Shown here piece after piece: positions 1 to 13,448 of a stretch of DNA of 64,000 nucleotides (position 1 is its first letter; the number at the start of each line of letters is the position of its first letter). The notes under the pieces were generated by a model that saw nothing but the letters and a program-made list of their open reading frames with translations, was not told the DNA's origin and made no database searches. The translations under genes were made by a program, and so were the position numbers. This stretch comes from Epiperipatus broadwayi (Eukaryota; Animalia; Onychophora), in assembly GCA_028023455.1 (NCBI GenBank), contig JAQFVV010000007.1, forward strand, positions 15,996,001 through 16,060,000, written 5' to 3'.

Positions 1-954
1 TAATATTATATGGACTGCATCACATGTATATATATGATTATTATATATGCCATTTTAAAATTAGAAATGTGAATCCTCCCATGAGAGTAAAAAAATAACA
101 ATAATAAAACTTGAAAAAAATGCATATTTAATAAATATATAAAACTTATTTATTAAGTGAGATTTATTAATTTATTTTTAGCTAAAAATTACAGCCACTT
201 AGCAGTCTAGAATTGCTTTCTTTGTAAGAACATGGGTTGTAGTTTTTAATGAAAAATGGAAAACTCCATTTATTAAATATTTCCATCTATGATTTCCAAT
301 AAAGTGTAATTTATATTACTGGATTTACTAGTGGGAGGGATCTGTAACAAAATAAAAGAAGTTGTTATACATTAATTTCTTATATGTAGTATTTTGTACT
401 CCATATAAAAACAGAAGACACAATCAAAAGGATTTTTTTTTTATGTGAAGCACTGAAATATACTCTCTTTCTCAGCTCCAGGGAGCTAATTTTGATTGGC
501 TGCTTTCTTTGTAAAAATTTGGCTGTGATTTTTAACTAAAAATAAAAAATGGAGAATTCCATTTATTAAATAGTTCCTCCTATGACATCCATTAAAAATT
601 AAATTATGTATGATATCTTGCAAATAGTATGCTGGGAACTGAGTTTCATGATGCTAATCACTATATCCCAGGATTTGGCAAACTTTTTAGCATAAAGAAC
701 CATTTAATTTCCCCCCTTTCACCAATACAAGAGCCACAAAAGAAAGAGGTCAAAAGTAGTTTTGTTCATGAAAATATAAATTTCTGAATAGCTGTGGATA
801 TATTTGAACATTTAGAAATAAAACAGTAGAATCTGGATACATCATAATGAAAATAAATAAGTAAAAATTTATTTACAAATAAACAAAACAGAAACAAAAA
901 ATTACTTTGACAGTTTGATTTATTCATACATTTCTAATATTTAAATATTCATTA

Positions 955-1747
955 TATGAATGGGGTACCCAAAAGTAACCGGAATTTTAGAATAAAAAAC
1001 TGTTTATTTATTTGTATTATAAATTTAATCTGTTTCAAATTACTGTGCATTTGATGCAATACACCAGTAGTCCAGAAACACTTGCAAAGTGATGTCTTAA
1101 CATGCAGTATTTTTTCTTTCATCACTTCTATCTCTGAAAAAAAAAAAAAAAAAGACAGAGAGACATTTTTACTTTTGAGAGATTAAAAGAAAAGTCACAT
1201 GAAGTGAGATAGAATGAATGTGGCTGATAAATAGGATCACACTTCTCTCTTTACCACAAAATGGACCGTTTACATTTTACCACATCACATAAATGTTTCA
1301 GAACTTGGAGGTAAAATGTCGGACCATTACGAAGCAAATTTGAGCAAAAAATGTTGTGCGCATCAAAAAAAGCCAGCATTGTTTTGACTTTGACTTCACT
1401 TGCAACGCTTTTTAGGGACATGGGTAAATTTAACATGTCAATTAAACAAGTCATAAACTTGTGTTGATATGATATTAGCTTGCTTGTAATTCTGTTTCAA
1501 GCATTACAATTGTTTTTCTTGCCATTTCTGTAAACGGAAACATAATTTCACATTATTCAAACTTTTCAGTCATTATAAAAATTGACAAATATGCAAAACG
1601 CCTTTTACAAAGTAATGTGCTATGTGGCAATACTATTCTACAGGCCAATATCATTTGGCTTATTGATGTAGAACAATTTGTGCAAGAAATATGTACCGGC
1701 ACACAAACCAGAGAATGATTCAGGTTATTTTTGGGTCCCCCCTCTTA
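955..1747 (-). mobile_element. Internally deleted mariner element
   Basis: Imperfect TIRs (tatgaatggggtacccaaaagtaaccggaat / reverse complement of attcaggttatttttgggtcccccctctta) with TA ends. Minus-strand relics NVKLCFRL, KVKTMLAFFDA..FYLQVLKHLCDVVKCKRSILW, CDF and CIASNAQ*FETD* match mariner transposase N-terminal, middle and C-terminal motifs. Confidence 0.85.
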
Positions 1748-2195
1748 TGCAATAATAACTATCGTACAATAAGGCTCAATTCAAGAAACAATGTTGTAAA
1801 GCTCATTTTCCCTCTCCTAGAGTTATTACAATATTTATTTACAAGAGGAAATGATAAATATATTAATGTTTGTCATGATAAAAAGAGCCATATCAAAGAG
1901 TCACATGTGGCTTGCGAGCTGCTGTTTGCTGACCCCTGCTATATACAAATGATTTTTATACGTAATTATAAAACATGTACTTTAATGTAAGTATATGACT
2001 GGCAAATAGTAGCAAAAATAATTTGTTTATAATATTTAATTTTAATTGCCTCATCTTTTAGGAGAAATGAGGACTTAACAACTGTATATGTTTGCATTAT
2101 CATTTTTTTTAATATGTAATTTTAAAACAATCTCTTGTATTTATTTGTAATTTGGATTTGACTTAAATATTAATATATAAATATATTAATTTTAG

Positions 2196-2381
2196 GGGAG
2201 TTTGGTGATGTTTGTCGTGGCAAGTTAAAAATTCCAGGAAAGCCAGAAATGATGGTCGCTATAAAAACTCTAAAGCCAGGTTCTTCTGACAAAGCCCGTT
2301 TGGATTTTCTGACCGAAGCTAGCATCATGGGACAGTTTGAGCACCTGAATGTGATTTTTCTTCAGGGTGTTGTAACAAAAA
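2196..2381 (+). CDS. Eph: Eph receptor tyrosine kinase, kinase exon (first coding exon seen in window; upstream exons not found here)
   Basis: tttag|GG...AAAA|gtaatt; translates (G)[61 protein letters not shown](S): Gly-loop end, VAIK lysine and alphaC typical of Eph kinases; phase 1-1. Confidence 0.96.
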
Positions 2382-3606
2382 GTAATTCATTTTATTGTTT
2401 ATTTTATTATGCTTAAATAAAAAACATTTTCTTTTTTGCATTAATGTTATGATTTTTTTTTTGCTAATCAGTGATATAATTAGTTACCCTATATGCTCGA
2501 AATTTAGCAATAGAATGGTGGACAAAGAACTAATGACTCCAGGATTTATTTCATGCTAAGTAAAATAAGAACAAAAATTGAAGTTTAATCAATTGAATCA
2601 GAATTGTTGCACTGATCCATCCATTTGGTCACATGCACAGCACATGTCCTCCTAAGCATCTAAACAAAAATGTTTTTGTGTTGATCCCTAGTAGTCTAGC
2701 ACAATGGTAGATTGGCAGACTCATGACTTAAAAGTTCATAGATTGATGTCCAGTAGAGGAAAATGAAATAATAAGCTCAGTTTAGTCACTTGAATAAACT
2801 TGCTCTATTCTGTCCATAACTTGGTATTCTTAATGTCACATGACTTGCTGAGAAGAGTATTTATGCAACCAGTTAAAATCAATTCATAAAGCATGCTAAT
2901 AATAAATAATTGAATCTAAATAATAATTTAATAAAGTAAAAATGCATTTCAATCCACTATTTACACTTTTGTGTTTTTGCTGATTGTTGTTTAATCATTT
3001 TTATTCAATATTAAAATAATTATAATAATATCAGAAACAACTTGCAAAGAAGGTCATTCCAACTTGATGAGGGAAAAGATAAAAGGACAAAACAAAATGA
3101 ATAAATCAAAATAATACTACATAAGAGATGAGGTTTGCAATGATTATATATAAACTCGTCTGTGAACAATTAATATGTCTACATAATGAACACTCTGGTT
3201 CATTAGTCTATTTATTTGATATATTGCAATGCAATCTTTTAACATCTGCAGCAAAAAAGCCTTCTTTCTGAAATACTTTCACATATTGTATAATAAAAAT
3301 TAAATATTTTATATAAATACAATTTGTCCACCTTTTCATCAAACACTTTTAGCAAAAAATATTTTTATTGCATATATATATACACACACACACACTGTTG
3401 TTTTGTCTGTTCTGCAGTCTTCCTCTGAGCCATTTCTGTCTCAATTTCTTAAAAATTTTAAGTAAGGTGGACAAATTATATTTATATAAAATATTACTGC
3501 AAAATAAAAAAAGGGGTAGATTTAGCGAGAATTTATAAATATTTTATTAAGATAATAAAGCCAATTACTCAAAAGCTTTAATAGGTTTATAAATGTAGAT
3601 GAATAC

Positions 3607-3840
3607 AATCAATTCCTAAACTATTAACAATCTCAACCTGTAGTCAAGACAACCTCCTTTAACAATAAAGATGGTACCATCTTTTTCTATAGTCTGAAAT
3701 GTTAATATAAACACTAAAGTTGCAATCTTTAGGTGTCTATATTAACATTTCAGACCATAGATAATGGTGATACCACCTTCATTGTTAAAGGAGGTTAACT
3801 TAACTACAGGTTAAGATTGTTGAGAGCTTAAGGGTTGATT
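3607..3840. repeat. Foldback palindrome (~110-bp arms, ~7-nt loop)
   Basis: aacctcctttaacaat...gtctgaaatgttaatata..taaag is the reverse complement of cttta..tatattaacatttcagac...attgttaaaggaggtt. Confidence 0.85.
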
Positions 3841-3907
3841 GTTATTATATTGTATTAACATTTAGTTAGAAGCAAATAATGATAAATATTTTTGATTCTA
3901 TTTATAG

Positions 3908-3969
3908 GTAATCCAGTTATGATTATCACGGAATATATGGAAAATGGATCTCTTGATACTTTCTTACGA
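3908..3969 (+). CDS. Eph: Eph kinase exon (hinge)
   Basis: tttatag|GT...CGA|gtaagt; (S)NPVMIITEYMENGSLDTFLR. Confidence 0.96.
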
Positions 3970-6086
3970 GTAAGTATTTATAAATTATTTCACAGTACAT
4001 TTAACGCGAATTCAAAATTTTAGTTGCGGTCTAAAATTGTGTTTTAGGTATCAGTTCAGATCACTTTTCTGTTGTTTTCTATCTTTTATTTTTGCTTTAT
4101 TTTTCAAATGCTCTGTGGATGTCCTACTTTCTACGGTCTCCTATATCATCTTTTATTTCTTTTCTCATCTTCATCATTCATTTGATCTCATTCGTCAAAA
4201 TCATTTATTGCTCTTGCTTAATGTTAATAGTTCATCTCCCCACCTCCCATTGATACTTTCTCAGTTTTTGTTTTTAACTCATTCTTTTTATCATCTCCAC
4301 CTTTAATCTTTTCTGATTAATCTTTTTATTTTAAATTATTTTTAATTATAAACAAATTTGTATTTCAAAAATTAAATTCGTAAAATGTACTACTGAAGAT
4401 TTTTTAAAAAGTACTTAAAAATTTTTGATTTTCTCTATATTTTGTATTATTTTTAATTTATTTTACATAATAAAACTTATAAACTCAATACCCTTTTAAA
4501 ACACATGGATAAAAACATGTAAAAAAGTAAATAATCCTCAAAATGCATTTCTATAAAAACCAGCCATCTTCAGTAGATCCAGTTTCCTGCCGCATGCTAT
4601 CATCATCATAGATTAGTCCATAACAAACAACTGTAATTTAATTTACAAATGCGATGATACTTGATTACATTTATTTTGATGATACTGTCTAAGATAAATG
4701 TTAAGATTATTGACGAATCATTTTTATTAGGCTAATGAAATGATCAGTAAATAATTTTAATATTTATCCTAAAAAGTATTATCAAAATGAGTGCATTTAA
4801 TTATTTCTAAATATCTCAAGTTGAAGATGATAAATAGAACAATAGTTAAGAAAACAACAAGAGATAAATGTACAGATTCTGTCTTCAAACTAGTGTTGTC
4901 CAATCTCAAATCAAATCTTTAACTAATAATGGATTGCTGCAGGTTCTATTTACTAATATTATTTGTTAGTATTCTAAGACAAGCTTTTTGTTTTTGACTT
5001 TGTTTTAAAAATTTTTCTTTTTGTTAATACTATATTCATTCTGACCCCCTCATGTACAGGAGAATAGTCCATTTATACATACATATGCGAGGGATGGGCA
5101 GACCTATTATACACTATTTATATAAATTAATACATTGTACAGGCTTAAACCTGCATTTACATATGTAATATTATATTATATATTTTTTATCTCATTCATT
5201 TTTCTCATTAGAAATTGATACAACAAAAAATGGAGGAAAAATTTGAAAACTTTAATTGATGATATCAGAAGAAATCTAGAAGAGAGGAAAAAAGATACAC
5301 AAAAATAAAAAAAAAACAGATAGTTATGCTCAATTTGAAAAGATATCAAGACATTAAAAAAGTGTTTAGAAAATTATTCTGAACATCTTTCTATATAATA
5401 ATAGGATATTACATTCCTATTGTTTTTCTATTAGACTTATGTTTAAGAGTTTATCATGCATCTAATTACTAATTTATATTTTGAATAGTTTTGCATCCAT
5501 TTTGAATCAAAAAATAAATAAGGACAAAGTAATTTCTATCACCAAGATTGTCTGTTTTAATTTGGAATTGGGACAAAAATGGCTGACAATTCATTGTAAA
5601 GCCACTTTTATGTGATTTTTAATAATTATGTCAATAGTAATTTTATCACTGGTTCGAGACTACAAACAGATAATCACACGAAAGAATAAAAACAATAATC
5701 TTGGTGGTAAGACTATCGTATTGTTAGTAAAAGACTGAAGCCTAGAGGTAACATTAACGACTGTTTAAATATCAAATAATTCCAATTTTTGTTGAAAATA
5801 AACTGTTGTTGATGGATTTATCCTAGGTATATATAGTAAGTGTAATTAGAGGGATTTGAATTCAGGATTTTTTAGTTTACTCTCTCCATTTCACCTCAAG
5901 CAATCGATACTCATGCTTGAAATGGAGTGAAAGATGAATAAACTGAAAAATCCTGAGTTCAAATCCCTCATTTACATATACAAGAAACATTCAGTATAAG
6001 CAAATTACATACTGCCTTAGAATCAACATTAAATATTTTTTCTCTAATAATCCTAGTCGTAATACTATTGTAAATTTATTTTTTAG

Positions 6087-6185
6087 GCCAATGATGGTAA
6101 ATTCCAAGTATTGCAATTGGTTGCTATGTTACGTGGAATTGCAGCAGGTATGCAGTACCTCTCAGAAATGAATTATGTACATAGG
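6087..6185 (+). CDS. Eph: Eph kinase exon
   Basis: ttttag|GCC...AGG|gtaagt; [33 protein letters not shown] (33 codons). Confidence 0.96.
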
Positions 6186-6294
6186 GTAAGTCTTACTATT
6201 ATATCGTAAAATCCTAATGTTTTTTTTATACAATGTGTTGTATTTATAGGCAGTGATACCTAATTGCTTTGTTTTTAATGGCAGTCTTATAGAA

Positions 6295-6780
6295 CAGTGG
6301 TCTTCAACCCTTGGTTCGCAGACCAACACCGGGCGCAGAACAGTTTGTTAATAACAAAATAATGAGTTTAAACTTTTAATTAACATAAACAATTTTTATT
6401 TATTTTTTCATCTCATTTTTATCCAATTAAAAAAAAAAAAGAAACAGAATGAAAACAAAATCTAATCAATCATACATAAATTAATGTTTTTCTAGTTATC
6501 ACAGATGTTTATGGAGGGGAGATGCTAGAAATAAATTTTTTATTACTTTTCTAAAAAAATTAAAAAAAAAAAAAGTTATTTATTATACAAAACTCCATAT
6601 ATGTATAAAACTTTATCTTGTCTATTTAACATTGTTGTTTTGATCAGTTATAACAATTATGCTCATCTAAGACTAAGCAGTTTACATTTTTAAGAAAATT
6701 TATCTATAGACTTCTGCCGGTCCGCGAAACCTTATCCTTATTTTTACCGTCCGCAGGTGTGAAAAGGTTGAAGACCACTA
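6295..6780. mobile_element. Non-autonomous hAT (Buster/Charlie-type) MITE in Eph intron
   Basis: TIRs cagtggtcttcaacc / ggttgaagaccacta; perfect 8-bp TSD TTATAGAA (6287-94, 6781-88) with the central TA typical of Buster targets. Confidence 0.9.
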
Positions 6781-7129
6781 TTATAGAATATTTGTGTTTT
6801 ATTATTTCTGGAGGAGAGCTTATATTAAACATTTTTACAATTTTTGATTTGAGCTATTCAGCATGCTAGCTTGCTTCTTTTGCAGTTGAGTTGCAAAATG
6901 TTGGCTTCTATTTATTACTATTTATTCTGAGACTAAGTCTAATTAATGAGAATTCAAAGTTTAATTTTTTAGAGTTGCTTAGTATTTAGTATACATATAT
7001 AAAGGACTATTACACCTATCTGCAAAACAATTTCATATAAATATGTCATATGTCAGTGATTGTTTACAAGCCATTCCATTATGCTAGTTTATCACACACA
7101 ATATATAAAGATTAAGGATGTAAACAATC

Positions 7130-10100
7130 CAGAGCGGATTAAGCAGCCGCATAGGGCCCTCGAGGTCTTAAAATGTCTTTTCATTAGGAATCGAGGTAAA
7201 TTATGTTTTGTATACAATCAACCCTTCTATAACACGGTATTTAAGCTTTTGAAGGGAATTTATTTGAGTTTTGGTGGGATTCTAACTTTTAAATGGACAT
7301 CAGGGGGGTGAAACTAGTGTAGCATAAATAGGCCTAAAATATATATTTATTTAATTATACAAAAAATTCGACCCCTCCCAAAATAATAATTTGATTTAAA
7401 TTTAAATACTCTGCTTTTAAAAAAAATTAGCGTAAATAAATTTTGCTGTTTTCCTGAAGCTGATTTATCTCCAGAGGGTTTTTTCTAAATTATATTTTGA
7501 TTGGAGACAGGTAAAAATGAATTTTCTTTGTTAACATCTTGATAACATAGTCATAAAAAAAAAAGTATTTTATGTGGCGAAAAGCTTTTAAACTATTTTA
7601 CAAAAAAAAAAAAGAAAACTTTATTTCTTTACAGCAAAAAAATCAAGAGACATCAAAGTGGGGCAGAAGCGCAAAAAAAATTAAAAACCCTGGAAATTGC
7701 TGAAAGCCAAAGAAATTCATTGCATAAATTTGTAAAAGTTAATACAGAGACAGAGTTGCCATCAACATCTATGTCAGATAATTCTGAATTGTCTACATTC
7801 AAACTTCTTCTAAAAAAGAGAAAGAAGAAAAACAAGTTGAGAATCAAGAGATTGAAATTGCTACTGAAAAAAGGGATTGCAAAAATGTAGAATATAATGA
7901 TAGTCCAGAAAGATGCTTCAATATAGACATTGAAGTAATAAATGATATAGCTTTATGGCCAACAATATTAACAGATGCTATTATTGATCATATTCTTAAT
8001 AACAAACCAAAAAATATCTGGAATATAGAGAATTTAAAATCAGTCTATAAAGGCAGTTTTTACAGAAAGAAATCAAATGGAATTATGAAAAAGAGAAATT
8101 GGCTGATATTTCCGAAACAAGCAAAAGTATTTACTGCTACCCTTGCAAACTCTTTTCAACAATAAAGTCTAAATTAATAACTGGTTTACAAAATTGGAGA
8201 TCAATAACTTATTTTATCAGACCATGAAGTTTCAAAAGAACACATGTCAACCATGTGTACAATGTATAAAAGATTAATAAAATTCAATAGAATTAATACT
8301 CAACTATTACAGGAAAAGAAAAAAGAAGGGTGTTATTGGAGAGAAGTGTTGAAAAGAATTGTATCAACACTAAAATTGTTGAGTCACTTAGGATTAGGAT
8401 TTAGGGGTCACAATGAAAGCAAAGATTCTAATAGGAAAGGAAATTATTTAACCTTTTTGAAATATCTGAGTAAATATGCCACCCAAAGATGAGGAAATGT
8501 AAATTATTTATCTCATATTATTTGTGATGAATTTGTAAGTCTTATTAAAAATCAAGTCATTGAAGAAATCAAATCTGTGACTTATTATAGTATAATTGTT
8601 GATTCCACTCCCAATGTTTTACATGTCGATCAAGTAACTTTTGTGATATGTTTCATCCTATGGTAATATAATGGAAAGATTTGTGGAATTCATTCCTATT
8701 GATAAACACACATCTTCATATTTGGAACAAGAAGTTTTGCACACTTTAATAAAATTAGGAGTGAATATTAAAAACTGTCAAGGACAATCATTTGATAATG
8801 CTTCTAATATGTCAGGGAAGTACTCAGGTTTGCAAGCACGTATTAAAGAACATAGTGCGGTTTTTATTCCGTTTTCTAATTATTCTTTAAGTTTAATTGG
8901 AAATTTTCCTGCATAAAGTTGTAGCACTGCAATTGAGTATTTTATGTTTGTGCAGAATTTATTCACATTTTTTTCTGCATCAACCCATCACTGGAGAATT
9001 TTAACCAGAAATCTATAAGTGTGTAAACATTCCGTCACAGTGAAAAGAGTTTCTAATACAAGATGGTCAGCAAGAGCAGATGCTATATCAGGTATAAAAC
9101 TTTGTTTCACCCATGTAAAAGAGGCTTTAACTGAAATTTGTAATTCAGAAGAAAAAAATTTACCATAGTGGAGGCGACTTATATGAAACCACCCTAATGA
9201 CAGTAATTTGGAATACTATTTTACAAAGAATAAATGCTATTCTTAAATCACTACAATCAGTGGAGTATGAACTATTAAAAGGATCTATCCTACTGAAGTC
9301 ATTAGAAAGTTTTATCAATAATTTCAGAGAAGAATTTGAAAAAGTTGAAAAAGAGGCAACTGATTTATCAGGCTATCATTTAATGTGGACGATGGACAAA
9401 CTCATAGACAACAAAAGAGAAAAATGTTTTTTCATGAAAACAAAAAAATTGGACATGAATTTACAATAAGAGAAAATTTCATAGTCAATTCATTTTATGT
9501 CATATGTGATAACACCAAGGCAGGAACTATCTCGAAGAACTCAGATGTATGGAGTTGTTGTAGAGTCTTTTCAAATATGTTTTGATTGGAATTTATCAAT
9601 AGAAGAAAAAAAACACGATAAAAAAGTTTGAGGATATTTACAAAAATGACATTGATGTTTGTAATTTTGAAAATGAATTTGACCATTTTTTAATTTCGAG
9701 AAAATGGTCAAACTGATTTGCATTTACATTTACATATTTGTTATTTAATAACACTACGTAAAGATTTATTACTTTCGTCGGCCATGAATATGAGGGCAAA
9801 CCTCGAAATCGCTTGGCCCATTTAATAGTTTTAAGCGAAATTTGTTTTGTTTATTTGGAAGCTTCTTCGTCAGAGAGTAAATCGTTTTTAGGCTAATATT
9901 TGTAAAAGAAAATGAGGACACCATAAAACAGACATCTATCGAGCCATCAAAGAAATGTTGCACATTTCAGAATATTGAAATATTATTAAAATTTTTTTTA
10001 ACAATTCCCTTGCCTAATCCATCAGGACAAAGATTGTTTCTTGTTTTAAAGCAAACAAAAAATTATTTAAGAAGTACTATAAGAGAAGAAAGATTAAATA

Positions 10101-10372
10101 ATATAACCATTCTGCATATAGAGCAGGAAATTTTAAGCTGAATTGTCACTGCAAAAATAATTGATGAATTTACAAGAAATAAAGCAAGAAGGAAATTCAT
10201 GTAAAAAGTCGTTTTTTTTTTAATTAAATTCATTTAATGTGTTATGGTATGAAATTTTTGATTACTTTTCTGTTTTATTAATAGTTTTCTTGAAAATTTT
10301 TTTTCTAACTTGAGTTTCACAGCCCCGAAATTTTTATCGCTTGGAGCCCTTACTTGGCTTGACTCGCCTCTG
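7130..10372 (+). mobile_element. hAT (Tip100/ZMYM1-like) transposon with pseudogenised transposase
   Basis: Perfect 8-bp TSD AAACAATC (7122-29, 10373-80); imperfect CAGAG.. TIRs; broken reading frames with DIALWP, YCYPCKLF (TTF zinc finger), LGFRGHNE, YYSIIVDST, CQGQSFDNASNMSGKYSGLQARI and TRWSARADA. Confidence 0.9.
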
Positions 10373-10982
10373 AAACAATCATATATAAGAATAATTAAAA
10401 CTTAATGTTATGCATTGAATATTATATATATATATATCTTTGTATGTCATACAGGTTTCTGAAAAGCAGATTTTTTGACTCCAAAATGAAATTTGTCAAA
10501 AAGTAATGTGATCATGTTACAAAGACTTTGATATTCATCATCAATGGTAGTTTGTCATTGCTTTGTAGCCTGTATGGATTAGTGCAGTAGTAGAGTCCGA
10601 TTCTGGAGCATATAATGTTCTCTGATCGATTCTAGTTATGGTGTTTCCGACACTCAAACTTCTTATGAACTCCTGAGCATTAAAACAATTTGATTATTTC
10701 TTATTGCTTTGCATATTTATAACAGTAATATTACATAGAATATTCCTTATTAATGATTTATCATAAAGTAATAATCTTAATATTGTGAGATGTACTAATG
10801 CACACTTTATATATAATATTTGAACATCACCATTTATCTTGAAATTTTGGTGTGGGTAATGCTGTTGTATGACAAATGTTGAGCAGACTACAGTTTAGCA
10901 TTATATAAACTAGTAAATATATTTCTGTTTGTTTATATTGTTTATCATTATGTATAACTTGCTCCTAGTGAGCAGAAACCAC

Positions 10983-11315
10983 TTATGCCTAGACTTTCTT
11001 TTCCTTTTTGTTCATAAGATATGTATAAATCCTCTTTTATCAAAGATGATATAGCCTTTTCTTTTAATTATTTGTAGTTTCTCTTAGCAGATCTTTGTTA
11101 CTCCTCATTCTCTAAGAATATGTCCAAACAATTTCTCATTAGTTTCTTCAATTTCTGTAATATTTTTTTGCCCACTTATTCAATACATCAGTATTTATAA
11201 TCTTATTAGCTAAACTAATCTTTTTTTCATTCCTTAACATTAACCTTTCAAAGATCTCCATTCACTTTTACTTTCTTGCATAATATTTATTAATACTTTG
11301 CAGAACCACATCACT
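10983..11315 (-). mobile_element. Decayed RTE-type LINE 3' fragment
   Basis: Minus-strand relic MEIFERLMLRN...NTDVLNK...EKLFGHILR resembles the RTE ORF2 C-terminus; contains stops. Confidence 0.45.
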
Positions 11316-11960
11316 TAATATCATAAGTGAAGTCATTTAAAAGCCCTCTATTAACTCATTATATAACTAAGATGTTATATAATAGCTAAATTGTGAACTA
11401 TGATAGTGCAAAGTTCATAGTACAAATTTCAGGAGAATTCTTTTCATTAACTATGCCATGTTTCAGCATCTCTCCCTACAAATCAGAATAGGCTTGAATC
11501 TTATTTACGTTAAGCCGATTTCGATTGTTTATTTCAAAGTATGAAAGATGAAATGCATACAACTATTAAATCTAACACTTTTTTGGTCAACAAGAGCACA
11601 TATAATTATATTCTGGTGCAAATTATAATTTATTTCATTTTTTATAAACTTTAATAAAATAATCTAATTCTTTTATTAAAAGCTTGGTTAGTTTTATTTT
11701 AATTAGTATTTAATCAGTTTGTAAATATTGACAAAATAAATAAGCGAACTAATTTTTAACAAATGAGAATGAAGTTCAGTACCTAAAAATATTGTACGAA
11801 TAATTTTGCACATTCAAAGGATAGTTTTTGGTACATTTATTATAATAATTTTAAATATTTAAAAATCATTTATATGACCTAGAAGTCTTAACTGACATTT
11901 CTATTTATACCATCTATTCATAATTTATGTCATTAATTGATTTTTGTAAACTATTTATTG

Positions 11961-13448
11961 GTTGTCTTTTGATAGCCGGTCATGGCCACTCGAGGTGTTG
12001 TTTATATGTTAAAAAACATAAAAACGCCATTTATATGGCCTACATTTACGGATAAGAAAACAGTTGTATTTTTCTTAGCCATTGCAGGCCCCTTGATGGC
12101 ATTGCATAAAATCATTGGGGCCTGTTTTATGCTTCGCAACACTTTATGCGAATTTGTACAATTCATTGATCGCTACTGTATCATCTGATGGTGTTTGGAT
12201 TTCAAGTGGCCACAAGTTTTGATATCTCCATACCAGAGCAATTTCATTTGTACTTAAATCACGCAGTCTGACTAAGAATTGTCATACTGCCCCCACCCTT
12301 CTCTACACGTTGGAATTTGCAAAACATTGGGAAAGGGTAGGGCCAAACATGATTTAGATGAGCTCATGCAAAAACGCTTTCGTGATAAATTATACGAGAC
12401 AAATAAAATGGCACACAAATTGTGCCACTTACTGATATCAGTCAGGCTCCTGCAACTGAAGGTATTCAATTCCTAATAATAAAATATTAAAGACATAGTA
12501 GGAAAAAATAAAAGGATCCAAAAGTATAATTAATAGTAAGGGCAAAATAGAAATCGCGGAATACAAATCACCATATAGTCAAAAAAAAAGTCGCTGTATT
12601 TTAAATCTGGAGGTATATGGAACGTGTAAAAGTCTGAATTTTTGATGTTATTGGAATTTTATTGTGGTGGTGTGTTGAAAGAATCAACAAATGTATTTAA
12701 TAGGACATGTTTTTTTGTCAAAATTGCAAAATAGACATCGCAATAGAAATAAAGACACAAAATAAGAAAGAAATCACCATATAGTCGCCGTCTTTAAAAA
12801 AAAAAAAAAACCAAAAGTTGAAAAAGGTCAAAATTTTTTATCTTATTTTAATATTTGTTGGGGGGGGGGGGTAGGTTGAGAAATACTTTATCTTCACTGA
12901 GGGAAAAGATAGAGACAAGTTATTTTTGCTTTGTTTTTATTGTAAAAAAAGGTAATAAAAATTGGTTTCAAAAATAAAAGTTGTAGTATACAAATAAAGC
13001 CAAAACAAAAATCGCCTTATAGGCAAAAATCAAGTGGCCGTATTTTTAAACCAAAAAAAAAAAGAGAAAACGAAACTTGAAAAAATCAAAAGTTTTGACG
13101 TTATTTTAATTTTTGGGGAGGTGGGGTGTGGGGTGTGGATTGAAAAATACTTTATAAGAGTTAGAGACAGAAGTTATTTTTTGTTTGTTTTTATTTTTTT
13201 TTTAAAAAAAAAAAGGTAATAAAAATTGATTTAAAAAATAAAAGTTAAGCCAAAAAAAAAATCACCCTATAGCCAAAAAAAAAAAAAACCCTAAAAATAA
13301 AATATTAAAGACACGGAGTAGACAAAATTAAAGGGATCAAAAAAAGTCATCGTATTTTTAAAAACCGCAGCCCGTTAAAGTTACATTTTATTGTTTTAAC
13401 ACATACACAATGCTGTCAAGCTGCCATGACCGGCTATCAAAAGACAAC
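11961..13448. mobile_element. Unclassified TIR element with internal ~205-250 bp repeats (Mutator/foldback-like?)
   Basis: Perfect 26-bp TIR gttgtcttttgatagccggtcatggc / gccatgaccggctatcaaaagacaac; repeated aaatcacc(a/c)tatag motif at 12565, 12771, 13009, 13259; no exact TSD. Confidence 0.75.

Noticed and set aside
1691-1990. 99-aa ORF
   Set aside because: Straddles the mariner TIR and intron; no recognisable homology.
2062-2083. Possible Eph micro-exon after cttttag
   Set aside because: Weak donor (gtatat), and in the required phase 1 it hits TAA after four codons.
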